A stretch of 64,000 bases of DNA. It comes from Candidatus Foliamicus sp. (GTDB lineage: Bacteria; Pseudomonadota; Gammaproteobacteria; Steroidobacterales; Foliamicaceae). The notes beneath the pieces were generated by a model. The model had not been told where the DNA came from, ran no database searches, and saw nothing but the letters and a program-made list of their open reading frames with translations. A program made the translations under genes and the position numbers. The stretch is taken from positions 2,649,184-2,713,183 of the forward strand of contig OZ250178.1 of assembly GCA_965238055.1 (NCBI GenBank), written 5' to 3'. This document shows, piece by piece, positions 9,459-18,738 of the stretch (its first letter is position 1; each line of letters opens with the position of its first letter).

Positions 9459-9541
9459 GATTTCGAGAGTATGCCGTTCAGGCGCGCCGGAGAGAAGCTC
9501 TATCGGGGCATTGCGGAGCTCGTGGGGTCGTCATAGCCCCG

Positions 9542-10696
9542 CTACAGCCGCGCGCGCCTGAATTGCGTCAGGTTCCCGTTCTCGCTGATCGCAAGGCCGA
9601 TCCCGCGGGTCGGCTCGACCGTATTCAGTGCGTTCGCGAAACCGTAGTAGTACATGAACAAGCGGCCGTCATCATGCCGGACGAGCTGCGGCATGGCGAC
9701 GCCGCCGCTGTCGAAGTTGTTCAACGCGCCCATGTGGAGTATGGGCTCGTCATACTTGCGGCGCCAAAGCAGGCCGTTATCCGACACCGTGGCGCCGATC
9801 ATGCGTGGAGAGCCTTGCACGCGGGCGTCGAGTGCGGTGTAGAGCATCAACCAGCGGCCTCCCGCTGGGTTCGGGTTCCGCAAGATATGCCGGGTGACCG
9901 ATCCGCCGAGCTCCCAGCGGGCGGGGTCGGTGCTCCATCGAATGCTTCCGCGTCGGCGCCAATGCACCAGGTCAGTGGACTCCGCCACTTGCGTATCCCA
10001 ATAGGGAACCCGGGGCGAAAGCGTCGTGTAGTACATCAGGAACCGGTCCCCGTCGTGGATGCCGCACGGGAAGGCGCCGTAGATGTTGTCGCCGATGTCC
10101 ACCGATGCTCCACCGGTCGCCGCGCCGTGGATTCTTGTCCAATGGATTCCATCTTTGCTGCGGGCGACTCCCGGGCGGCATCGGTATCCCTTGAACCGAT
10201 AGGTTTCTGCTACCTCGTGCCCGCCCAGCTCCGTAGGTATCGTGCTGTCGCCGCCGAAGTACCAGAGCAGCCACTCGCCGTTGTGCCGAAGGATGTCGCT
10301 GCACGCGACGTGCGTGGAGTCGAAGGCCTCCGGATCGTCGCTCCACTCCATGATGGCGCCGCCGGCGAGATGGCCCTTGTAACGTTCCCAAACTTTGCCA
10401 TCCGCCGATTTGGCGAGCGCGATGCGACCGGTGCTGAACGCGGGCGCCACGCCCTCGGGGAACTGGTTGTCGCGGGCGTAGTACCACATCCACCAGGACT
10501 GATCGTCTTCGTTCCAGCGAACCACGGCCCCACCGTTCTTGGCTTCGTCGCACCAGCCGGGTGGGCCCTTGCCGAGAATGAGGCCGGAATCGGAAGTCCG
10601 CACTACGTCTATCCACTCACTTGACCAGCAGCGAGGTGACACGACGCTCGCCGCGGCGAGCCCCTGGATCAGTTGCCTGCGTGTTGTTGGGCGCAC
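9542..10696 (-). CDS. Tat-exported five-bladed beta-propeller glycosidase-like protein (GH43/32/130-type fold)
   Basis: TTRRQLIQG twin-arginine leader; repeated W.M.Y...IG.A.S.DG..W blades; FDSTHVA and FDSGGVAMP. Confidence 0.7.
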   Translation of the reverse strand: MRPTTRRQLIQGLAAASVVSPRCWSSEWIDVVRTSDSGLILGKGPPGWCDEAKNGGAVVRWNEDDQSWWMWYYARDNQFPEGVAPAFSTGRIALAKSADGKVWERYKGHLAGGAIMEWSDDPEAFDSTHVACSDILRHNGEWLLWYFGGDSTIPTELGGHEVAETYRFKGYRCRPGVARSKDGIHWTRIHGAATGGASVDIGDNIYGAFPCGIHDGDRFLMYYTTLSPRVPYWDTQVAESTDLVHWRRRGSIRWSTDPARWELGGSVTRHILRNPNPAGGRWLMLYTALDARVQGSPRMIGATVSDNGLLWRRKYDEPILHMGALNNFDSGGVAMPQLVRHDDGRLFMYYYGFANALNTVEPTRGIGLAISENGNLTQFRRARL

Positions 10697-10825
10697 TGCA
10701 TCACCTTGTTTGTATGGACCAGCGACCCATCATCGGGAAAGCCGCTCCGGTAAGTCAAATCGAAGCGAGCGGTATACTGGAACCCAGCGCCCTGATCGGC
10801 GAATTCCAGCCTTGGGTCAGAAACC

Positions 10826-11305
10826 ATGAAGCCTGCTTTGATGCTTTCAGTTCTTGCCGCGTGCAGCTTGGCCGGGTGCTCTACGGGAACGGAAGGTGAC
10901 CGGCTGACCGTTCAGGAAAAGATCTGTATCCGCTCGCTCGAGCAACTGGCGCAACATCTCGGGGGCGCCGCTGCGACCGGCGATGGGTTCGGCGAAGGAC
11001 TCGGCGATCAGCGAGGCGGAGTGCGAGATACGGCGCTGGCGTTCAAGGAAATCGCGGTGGGCTGGGCGCCCGGCGACCCGCCATTGGATGTTCGCCTATG
11101 GGTCGATGACGCAAGATTGGTGCATCGGATCCAGAATAACTGTGATTCGCCGGAAACTTCGGTGCTTGTGAATATAGGCGGGCGGTTGAGACTGGTGGAC
11201 ATTACGCTTCGCCCCGTTCCTAATCCCCGGCCGGCACGCAGGGGCAGGGTGGAGATCATTGATCTCCCGCCGGCGGAGGCTGACGAGGCAGAAGAAGAAG
11301 AGTGA
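10826..11305 (+). CDS. Hypothetical lipoprotein
   Basis: Lipobox LAGC after a short hydrophobic leader. Confidence 0.6.
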   Translation: MKPALMLSVLAACSLAGCSTGTEGDRLTVQEKICIRSLEQLAQHLGGAAATGDGFGEGLGDQRGGVRDTALAFKEIAVGWAPGDPPLDVRLWVDDARLVHRIQNNCDSPETSVLVNIGGRLRLVDITLRPVPNPRPARRGRVEIIDLPPAEADEAEEEE

Positions 11306-11344
11306 GCGAGCGCCCGGACGGATTGCCAGGTAACCTGCACAATC

Positions 11345-11403
11345 CCCCCGGGAACGAGGGCGTCCCCGCCCTCGACGAAGGCGAGACGCCTTCGTTCCCA
11401 GGG
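11345..11403. repeat. REP/REPIN-like doublet
   Basis: GGGAACGAGGGCGTCCCCGCCCTC plus an inverted partner, between convergent genes. Confidence 0.85.
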
Positions 11404-11406
11404 ACG

Positions 11407-12177
11407 TCAGAAGCGGTCCTTCCGCCGCCGTACCTCGGCGAACACAGCCACGTCGTCTGCATCCTCCATCCCCAGTTGCACGCGTATCTCCTTGCTGTCC
11501 GGCCTTAAGAACGGGTTCGTACGCCGTTCCTGGTGCATGGTAGTGGGCACTGTCGGCGCCCCATCGGCGCGCAACTGCGCCACCTCTTCCATCCGTTTAA
11601 TCAGCGCCTGATTATCAGGCTCCACGGTTAGCGCAAACTGCCCATTGTTCTGCGTGTATTCATGCGCGCAATAGATCCGCGTTCTTCCCGGCCAGTCCAT
11701 GAGCTTTTGCAGCGAGTTCCACATTTGTGCGGGTGAGCCTTCGAACAGGCGGCCGCAGCCCATGGAGAAAAGGGTGTCGCCCACGAACGCGACGTCTTCG
11801 TCGGCGAAGTAGTAGACGATGTGGCCGCTGGTGTGGCCGGGGGTGTCGAACACCTGGGCTTGGGTGTTGCCGAATTCCAGGGTCTCGCCTTCGCCGACCT
11901 GCAGATCGATGCCCGGAATGCGCGCGGCGTCCGCGCTGGGGCCGACGATGACGCAGCCGGTGCGCTCCTTCAGCAACAGGTTGCCGCCCGCGTGATCGAA
12001 ATGGTGGTGGGTGTTGAGGATGTGCGTCAGGCGCCAGCCCTTGCGCTTGAGTTCGCGGTGGATGGCGCGGGCGTCGGGCGTGTCGATGGTCGCGGTCACG
12101 CCGGACAGGCGGTCGTGGATCAGGAACCCGTAATTGTCCGACAGGCAGGGGAACTGGTGGATCTGGAGCAGCGCCAT
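11407..12177 (-). CDS. gloB: Hydroxyacylglutathione hydrolase (glyoxalase II)
   Basis: THHHFDHAGG, TPGHTSGH, GDTLFSMGCGR, YCAHEYT, TNPFLR. Confidence 0.95.
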   Translation of the reverse strand: MALLQIHQFPCLSDNYGFLIHDRLSGVTATIDTPDARAIHRELKRKGWRLTHILNTHHHFDHAGGNLLLKERTGCVIVGPSADAARIPGIDLQVGEGETLEFGNTQAQVFDTPGHTSGHIVYYFADEDVAFVGDTLFSMGCGRLFEGSPAQMWNSLQKLMDWPGRTRIYCAHEYTQNNGQFALTVEPDNQALIKRMEEVAQLRADGAPTVPTTMHQERRTNPFLRPDSKEIRVQLGMEDADDVAVFAEVRRRKDRF

Positions 12178-12192
12178 GGTGTGCGTCTGGCT

Positions 12193-12717
12193 CTAGGTTT
12201 CCTTGAGCCGCGGCCTGAGCTCGGCCAGGTTGCAGGGGCGGGTGCGGGTGTCGAGCTGCGCTTCGATGAGCTTGTCCCAGCCGGTGGCTACGGCGTTGCG
12301 TGAGCCGGGCAGGCAGAAGATGAAAACGCCGTTGGCGAGCCCCGCCAGGCAGCGTGATTGAAGCGTGGAGGTGCCGATGTCCTCGTAGGACAGCACCCGG
12401 AACATCTCGCCGAAGCCTTCGATCTGCTTGTCGAGCAGGGGTTCGACCGCCTCGGGCGTGCCGTCGCGGCCGGTCAGGCCGGTGCCGCCGGTGGTGATGA
12501 TGGCGTCCACCTCTTCCTCGGCAATCCACTCGGATACGACCGCGCGGATTCGATAGCGGTGGTCGGGTTCAAGCCGACGCTGATAGAGCTTGTGGCCGGT
12601 CTGCTCGATCCGCTCCGCGAGCAGCGCGCCGGAGTCGTCGGTCTCCAGCGTGCGGCTGTCGGAGATCGTCAGCACGGCGATGTTCAGCGGCAGGAAGGTG
12701 TTTGGCTTTTTGGCCAA
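12193..12717 (-). CDS. moaB: Molybdenum cofactor biosynthesis protein B
   Basis: IAVLTISDSR, TTGGTGLTGRDGTPEA, FCLPGS, RPCN. Confidence 0.95.
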   Translation of the reverse strand: MAKKPNTFLPLNIAVLTISDSRTLETDDSGALLAERIEQTGHKLYQRRLEPDHRYRIRAVVSEWIAEEEVDAIITTGGTGLTGRDGTPEAVEPLLDKQIEGFGEMFRVLSYEDIGTSTLQSRCLAGLANGVFIFCLPGSRNAVATGWDKLIEAQLDTRTRPCNLAELRPRLKET

Positions 12718-12760
12718 GGTGGTGCGCTCCGGGGTTAGGGTGATTTTAGATCAGTAATTC

Positions 12761-12814
12761 GAGGGCGGGACGCCCTCGCTCCCAGGGAGGGCGGGACGCT
12801 CTTGTTCCCGGGGG
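12761..12814. repeat. REP-like cluster (2 copies)
   Basis: GAGGGCGGGACGCCCTCGCTCCCAGG and a degenerate copy. Confidence 0.8.
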
Positions 12815-12830
12815 AGTGCGATCTCGATTA

Positions 12831-14318
12831 TTAAGGATCCAAGTACTCGCCGTTTTCCCAGTGCTCCTCGATGACCGTCCCGTCTGCAAGGCGAATGGTC
12901 CAGGCTCCGTGTCGTTTTCCGAGCACAAGGGGACCTTCATGCACTTCACCGTCCTTGAATCTAAATACCCAGTGTCCGTACTGCTTGTCATTGGCATATT
13001 GCCCCTGGGCCACAGCGCCATCCGCATGGGTTTCAACCCAGAATCCTGATTTCTTGCCATCTGACAAAGGCCCTTTCGCGACGCTTCCATCCGGAGAGGT
13101 TTCCGTCCATTGGCCGTATTCCCGGCCATCAAGAAACAAGCCCTTAAGCACGGTTCCATCCGGCGACTTTCTGGTCCATTCGGCGTGCCTTTTGTTTAGC
13201 ACGAATTAGCCTTGCCAAACGTCTCCATCCGGATAGCGATCGACCCATTCTCCCAGCCGCATGCCGTACTCGTAGGGACCTTCCGCCACGCTTCCGTCGC
13301 TATATCTTGTGATCCACTTCCCGCTTTTGCGCCCCTCTCGGTAGGATCCTTGCCCAACGGCGCCGTCGCTGAGCGTTTCCGTCCAGTCTCCTTCCCTGAC
13401 GTCATCGGCATATTTGCCCCTGAGAACTGTGCCGTTCATCGAGGAAAATACCCATTCTCCGTGCATTTTCCCGTCCACAAATGGTCCTTTTGCATTAGTC
13501 CTGCCAGCAAAGTGCAGCACGTAGTCTCCGGTCAATCCGCTGTCCGGAAACGACCTTCCCCCAAATTCTTCATCCGACCCGCTCAGCCCCCAAGCCTCCA
13601 GTCGCATGTTCTCCACGAAGAGAACTTCTTCCATCCGGCCGCCAACGCCCCTGACTTCGCGCTTGCCGTGCCTGTAGCCGCCAAGGAAACGCCCTTGTTG
13701 AACCAACTCGATTTCCGTGCTTTGGACTGGAACTGCTTCACCATCCGGTCCCCGCTCTACTGTGTCTCCGTATCTCCTTCCAAGCAGGTAACGAACTTCA
13801 GTAATCGATCCACTGGAGTAACGCGTAGTCAGGATTCCGTGCCGAAACCCGTCAAGATAGGCCTGTTCCTCCACCCGATCGTTCCGAAATCGTGCAATCC
13901 AGGGTCCTTGTCTCCCGCCGTTGACGATCAATCCTTCTTCGGTGCTCTCAGGAACAGAAAAGCCGAGAAAGGACCAGCCGTACCGAATCCGGGCTACCCA
14001 TACTCCCGTCCCCTCGGCCAGGCCTTCGGAGCAAGCGCCGTCCCAGAAGATCTCTCGATTGGGCCGGTCCAACCAGATCCATACGAAACATCCCGGCTGG
14101 TTCATGACTTCCGCCCAGCAATGTTCCCCAAAGCGTGCCTGCGTGCAAAGTTCCCCAAAGCTGACCGCCTCCGGTAGCGGAAGCGATCTTTGGTCTTTTC
14201 GGGGCGCGTCAGGACGGACTGCGCCGGTTTCGATCAGGAGCAGAAAAATTCCCAGCGCGCCTAGAACCAGGAGAAACACCCCCAGCACCGCTTTCCATCG
14301 AGTGTGAATTCTTGTCAC
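12831..14318 (-). pseudogene. Membrane-anchored MORN-variant repeat protein split by an in-frame TAA (13206-13208)
   Basis: ORFs 13206-14318 and 12831-13202 share a frame. DGDVWQG*FVLNKRHAEWTRK aligns with NGTVGDGSFIKGKKHGEWTRK of the intact paralog. Confidence 0.75.
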
Positions 14319-14413
14319 GGCCTACCGCCCGGTGCGCCTACGCTCGTTGCTTGTTCCATGACCTGGCCGTTTGATTCTATGACGGGCGGCAATCTTGCTG
14401 TTCGGTTGGTGTC

Positions 14414-14546
14414 GAGGGCGGGACGCCCTCGTTCCCAGGGAGGGCGGGACGCCCTCGTTCCCAGGGGAGGGCGGGACGCCCTCGTTCCCAGGGGAGGGCG
14501 GGACGCCCTCGTTCCCAGGGGAGGGCGGGACGCCCTCGTTCCCGGG
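14414..14546. repeat. Five tandem REP-like units (26-27 bp, no spacers)
   Basis: GAGGGCGGGACGCCCTCGTTCCCAGGG repeated five times head to tail. Confidence 0.95.
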
Positions 14547-15971
14547 TCATTCCGAGGATGTGGTAACCAAAACGCCGTTTTTCCATTGTTCCTGGATTGT
14601 ATTGCCGTCTTCTTCGCGCTTGAGCCAGGTTCCGTGTCGCTTTCCGTCTGCGTAAGGACCTTTGGCAACGCGCCCGTCCGGATAGGTTACGGTCCAGTCT
14701 TCATACTCCTGGCCGTCTGCGTACATGCCCTGAATTACGGTTCCGTTCGCGAGCTTCCGGGTCCATTCCCCGTGCTTCTTGCCTTTAATGAACGAACCAT
14801 CCCCAACTGTGCCGTTCGGATAGTGAACGACCCATACGCCGTGCCGTTGCCTGTGCTGGTAGGGACCTTTCGCCACGACCCCGTTACTGTATCTTGTGGT
14901 CCAGTCGCCGGTCCTTAGGCCTCTCCTGTAGGCGCCCTTCCGAACCATGTTGTTCGCATGTCGAAATTCCCAGTTGCCGTGCCTTGCAGCGCCCCGGTAG
15001 GTCCCTTTCGCTACGGTGCCGTTAGGGTGGGTTTCGGTCCATTCCCCTGCCCTGCTGTTGTCTTTGTACCTCCCTCTGGCAACAATGCCGTGGGGCAAGC
15101 GAAAGGTCCATTCCCCCTGCATGTTCCCTTCCACAATGGGTCCTTCCGCTTCCGTGCCGTCGTCAAGGCGCAACGCGTAGTCTCCTGTCAGGCCGCTGTC
15201 CGTAAACGGTGTTTCGTTCAGAAGCGTTTCTGACCCGCTCAAGCCCCAAGCCTCTAGTTCAAATCCGTCGACACGGACAACTTCCTGGCTTTTGCCGTCG
15301 CGGCCCCGATCTCGCCATATACCGTGCCTGTCCGTATTGACGGGTACTTGTTCGGCTGTCTTGATCGGATTACGGCGTGGTTCCCGCGGTTTGCCGTCCG
15401 GTCCGCGCAAGACCGTTTTCCCGTACGCCTTGCCCAGCAGGTAACGGGTTTCTGTCGTATCCCCATCAGCGTAGCGTGTAATTCGAACCCCGTGCCGTAG
15501 CCCGTCCAGATAGGATTGTTCCTCCACATCCCCGTCAGGAAACCGGGAACTCCAGATTCCATGTTTTTTGCCTTGCACCAACATTCCTTCTGTGGTGCTC
15601 AGGGTCCTGAGCCTGCCGTAAATGGCAAGACTGCGCCCCGACACGTCAATCCACTTGCCGGTTCCCTCTCCAAGGCCTTCGGAACATTCGCCATCCCAGC
15701 CGACCAAACGACCCTGCTGATAATCTTCGATCCAGACGAAACACCCCGGCTGGTTCAATACTTCCATCCAGCAGGATTTGTACCAGTGATCGTCCGTGCA
15801 AATGTCCGCCTTACCGAATACCTCGGGGAGCGAAAGCGATCTCGAATCTTCGTATGGTGCGTTGAGCTGAACTACGCCGATGACGTTAAGAAGCAGATAG
15901 GCCACCAACGCGCTCACTACCAGGAGCGGTACTCCCAGCGCCACTTTCCATAGAGCGTGAATTTTTTCCAC
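14547..15971 (-). CDS. Membrane-anchored MORN-variant (YwqK-like) repeat protein
   Basis: N-terminal TM helix; CWMEVLNQPGC..WDGECSEGLGEG; many G.Y..G.R.G.W...Y.DG repeats. Confidence 0.85.
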   Translation of the reverse strand: MEKIHALWKVALGVPLLVVSALVAYLLLNVIGVVQLNAPYEDSRSLSLPEVFGKADICTDDHWYKSCWMEVLNQPGCFVWIEDYQQGRLVGWDGECSEGLGEGTGKWIDVSGRSLAIYGRLRTLSTTEGMLVQGKKHGIWSSRFPDGDVEEQSYLDGLRHGVRITRYADGDTTETRYLLGKAYGKTVLRGPDGKPREPRRNPIKTAEQVPVNTDRHGIWRDRGRDGKSQEVVRVDGFELEAWGLSGSETLLNETPFTDSGLTGDYALRLDDGTEAEGPIVEGNMQGEWTFRLPHGIVARGRYKDNSRAGEWTETHPNGTVAKGTYRGAARHGNWEFRHANNMVRKGAYRRGLRTGDWTTRYSNGVVAKGPYQHRQRHGVWVVHYPNGTVGDGSFIKGKKHGEWTRKLANGTVIQGMYADGQEYEDWTVTYPDGRVAKGPYADGKRHGTWLKREEDGNTIQEQWKNGVLVTTSSE

Positions 15972-16073
15972 GGCCTACCGCTCAGTACGTATGCGCTCGT
16001 TCTTCGTTGCAGGAATCTACGATTTGATTCTACGCGATGCGTTCAGCTTCCTGAACGCGCCGGTCCAGGGCAT

Positions 16074-16133
16074 CCCCGGGAGCGAGGGCGTCCCGCCCTC
16101 GCCGAGGGCCGGGAGGCCCTCGTTCCCACGGGG
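16074..16133. repeat. REP/REPIN-like doublet
   Basis: GGGAGCGAGGGCGTCCCGCCCTC plus an inverted degenerate copy. Confidence 0.8.
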
Positions 16134-16206
16134 CTGCGCTCATATACTTGGATTCAGCGGAGATTGGGTGGGAATGGTAATAAAACCGGAAATTGTTTTG
16201 CCCTAT

Positions 16207-17445
16207 ATGCGCAATGGTTGGACCGGCGGTCAATACAGCGTATTCCGCCTTCTGCTGGGGGCATACCTGTTCGTGCATTTCGTGCGGCTCACGCCGTGGG
16301 CCTGGGAGCTGTTTTCATCCCAAGGTGTGATCCCGGGCGCTTGGCGAAGCCCCTTATTGGGCGTGTTTGCGAACTTTTTCGGCCTTGACGATGCGTTTGG
16401 ACTTCTGATTGCTGTCACAATTATTGCCGCGGCGGCCTCGCTCCTCTTGGTCGTCGGGCTTGCCGACAAATGGGCGGCCTTCTACCTGTGTTTCGCCCTG
16501 GCCTGCCTGTATGGAGGCGATCCGTTCATCGCCAAACAAAGCCTGCACTACCTGGGCTGGATGCTGTTTGTGCATTTGCTAATACCAAAGGCGCCGTACG
16601 GCTCATTGGCGGCGCGCGGACGCCCTGATCCCGGAGGGGGTTGGCGGTTCCCGCTTGTGCTATACGCCGTTACTTTGTTGATATTCACGCTGAGCTATTT
16701 GTTCAGCAGTTACTACCTGATTGTCGGTTCGTCTTGGTGGCCGGGCCAAGCCCTGGGTCATGTATTTGCCAATCCGCTACCGCCGGATTACTTTGCTCAC
16801 GGCTTTCTGGCCAGCGCGCCTTCCGGTGCCCTGGTCATTCTTGGTTTTGGCATTCAATGCATCCTGTTTTTTGTCATGCCGTTCTGGTTCTTTCGCCGCG
16901 TTGTTCACCCGGCATTGTGGAGCGTGGCCTTCGGTTTGCAATTGGCCTTCGCTTTCCTGTCTGATTTCGCCGATCCGGCGATCACGATGCTGCTTTTTCA
17001 CGTGATCGTGTTCCATCCCGCTTGGATCAAGAGCCGCAGGCTGCCGGAGCACGCGACGTTGTTCTACGACGGCACAAGTGTGCTTTGCCATCGCCTGGTT
17101 CGCTTTGTGCTGGCGGAGGACATTGCCGATCGCATCACTTTTTCCCCGCTGTACAGCGAGTATTTTGAGACGGCGCTTTCGGCGGAAGAAAGAAGCGGCC
17201 TCCAGGTCGGTATTGTGCTGAAGAGCGACGACGGCCTCTTGCTCGAGACGGACGCGGTGATCCGGATCCTCAAGATTCTGGGCGGAATGTGGATGTTGCG
17301 GGGCCTGGTTCTGAGTGCGTTTCCGCGGAGCTGGAGGAACGCCGGTTACCAATTCGTGGGTGGGCGCCGGTATCGTATATTTGGGCGCGCCGAAACCGCG
17401 TATCCGAACGTGGCGGCGCATCTGCGGTCCCGCTTCAAGGAATAA
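16207..17445 (+). CDS. HTTM/VKGC-like membrane domain + DCC1-like (DUF393) thiol-disulfide oxidoreductase fusion, copy A (degenerate motifs)
   Basis: MRNGWTGGQYSVFR; multiple TM helices; C-terminal LFYDGTSVLC...RYRIFG. Start taken at ATG 16207 by homology to copy B; the ORF-track extension is REP-derived. Confidence 0.8.
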   Translation: MRNGWTGGQYSVFRLLLGAYLFVHFVRLTPWAWELFSSQGVIPGAWRSPLLGVFANFFGLDDAFGLLIAVTIIAAAASLLLVVGLADKWAAFYLCFALACLYGGDPFIAKQSLHYLGWMLFVHLLIPKAPYGSLAARGRPDPGGGWRFPLVLYAVTLLIFTLSYLFSSYYLIVGSSWWPGQALGHVFANPLPPDYFAHGFLASAPSGALVILGFGIQCILFFVMPFWFFRRVVHPALWSVAFGLQLAFAFLSDFADPAITMLLFHVIVFHPAWIKSRRLPEHATLFYDGTSVLCHRLVRFVLAEDIADRITFSPLYSEYFETALSAEERSGLQVGIVLKSDDGLLLETDAVIRILKILGGMWMLRGLVLSAFPRSWRNAGYQFVGGRRYRIFGRAETAYPNVAAHLRSRFKE

Positions 17446-17470
17446 CGCACGGAAATCAGAGGGCTACGGC

Positions 17471-18229
17471 TTGCAGATTGTCGCCATCGTTGCAGGGGCT
17501 GCGCTCGTGATGTTCGTGGTCGAATTGCTCGCCCCGGGACGTCCCTGGAAGAAGGTAACCGGGTGGTGGTGGCGCGCGGTGCTGTTGAACGGGGTGCAGA
17601 TCGCGGCCGTGTTCGTGTCGGGGGTGACCTGGGACCGGTGGTTCGATGGCTGGGCGCTGCTGCAGCTGGAAGACTACCTGGGGTTTTCCGGTGGGGCGGT
17701 CGCGGGCTACGCCGTCATTACGTTCATCTATTACTGGTGGCACCGGTGGCGTCACGACGTGCCTTTGCTGTGGCGCGTGTTCCATCAGGTGCACCATAGT
17801 CCGCGGCGGATCGAACTGGTCACCAGTTTCTACAAGCACCCGGCGGAGATTTTCGTCAACAGTGTGCTTTCGAGCGCGATCGTCTATATCTTGTGCGGTC
17901 TTAGTCCAGCGGCCGCGTCGCTGTCCGTGCTGCTTACCGGCCTGGGCGAGCTGTTCTATCACTGGAACGTCAACACGCCGCGCTGGATCGGGTTCTTCTT
18001 CCAACGCCCGGAGAGTCATTGCATTCATCACAAGACGGATTGGCATCGGCAGAATTTCTCCGACCTGCCGATCTGGGACATGGCGTTTGGGACCTTTTAC
18101 AATCCCTACCGGTTCGAATCGACGTGCGGGTTTGAGGGAGATTACGAATTGCGCTTGGGCGAGATGCTGAAAGGGGTTGATCTGTATGAATCGACTGCGG
18201 GCGCCGGGGTCAGTGGAGAAAAGACGTGA
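17471..18229 (+). CDS. Sterol desaturase / fatty acid hydroxylase family protein
   Basis: His boxes YWWHRWRH, FHQVHH, FYHWN and HCIHH; the TTG start at 17471 is inferred. Confidence 0.85.
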   Translation: MQIVAIVAGAALVMFVVELLAPGRPWKKVTGWWWRAVLLNGVQIAAVFVSGVTWDRWFDGWALLQLEDYLGFSGGAVAGYAVITFIYYWWHRWRHDVPLLWRVFHQVHHSPRRIELVTSFYKHPAEIFVNSVLSSAIVYILCGLSPAAASLSVLLTGLGELFYHWNVNTPRWIGFFFQRPESHCIHHKTDWHRQNFSDLPIWDMAFGTFYNPYRFESTCGFEGDYELRLGEMLKGVDLYESTAGAGVSGEKT

Positions 18230-18738
18230 GGGCGCGTGAATGGATCGCTGCCGGCGTCCTGGTGGCGATCGGAACGGCGCAGATGTTCGGCGAAGTCCTT
18301 GGCATTCCGGCCCTGAAAGGCGTAGGCGCCGCTACCGGCAGCTCGCCGACACCCAAGGTGTTCACTGCCCATGAGGGATTCGAGACCTATTCATCGGAGT
18401 TCTTCCTGGCCTGGACGGACAGCACGGGCGAAGGGCACAAACTGAAGCTGACTCCCGCCAACTACCGGGGTGTTCGTGGCCCGTACAACCGGCGCAACGC
18501 CTATGGCGCTGCCATTTCCTATGCGCCGGTGCTGCATTCAAGCGAAGCCACGCGTCCGATGCTCGAAAGCGCCTTGCGATTTACGTTCTGCAGCCCTTCC
18601 TCCACGGTCCTGGAAGAACTGGGCGTGGACGCGGAAGACATCTCCAGTCCGGTCTTGGTGACCCTGGAGCCGCGCCAGGACCTGCCCGCCGATCATGGCT
18701 GGAAACTTGAGTTTGTGGTTGACTGCGATGCGCAATAG
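18226..18738 (+). CDS. Hypothetical protein with N-terminal membrane anchor (operon partner of HTTM-DCC1)
   Basis: GTGA overlap with the desaturase; PTPKVF...ETYSS and RGPYNRRNAYGAA segments; overlaps the start of the next gene. Confidence 0.7.
   Translation: MRAREWIAAGVLVAIGTAQMFGEVLGIPALKGVGAATGSSPTPKVFTAHEGFETYSSEFFLAWTDSTGEGHKLKLTPANYRGVRGPYNRRNAYGAAISYAPVLHSSEATRPMLESALRFTFCSPSSTVLEELGVDAEDISSPVLVTLEPRQDLPADHGWKLEFVVDCDAQ

Noticed and set aside
14414-14546. Possible CRISPR array
   Set aside because: Units are head-to-tail with no unique spacers, the same palindrome is dispersed in many intergenic sites, and there are no cas genes.
15991-16206. N-terminal extensions in the ORF track (also 23026-23205, 26805-27005, 47476-47583, 59753-60064)
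   Set aside because: They translate REP palindromes or the preceding gene (GTRASRP, NEGVPP, ERGRPA); homology and RBS positions point to downstream starts.
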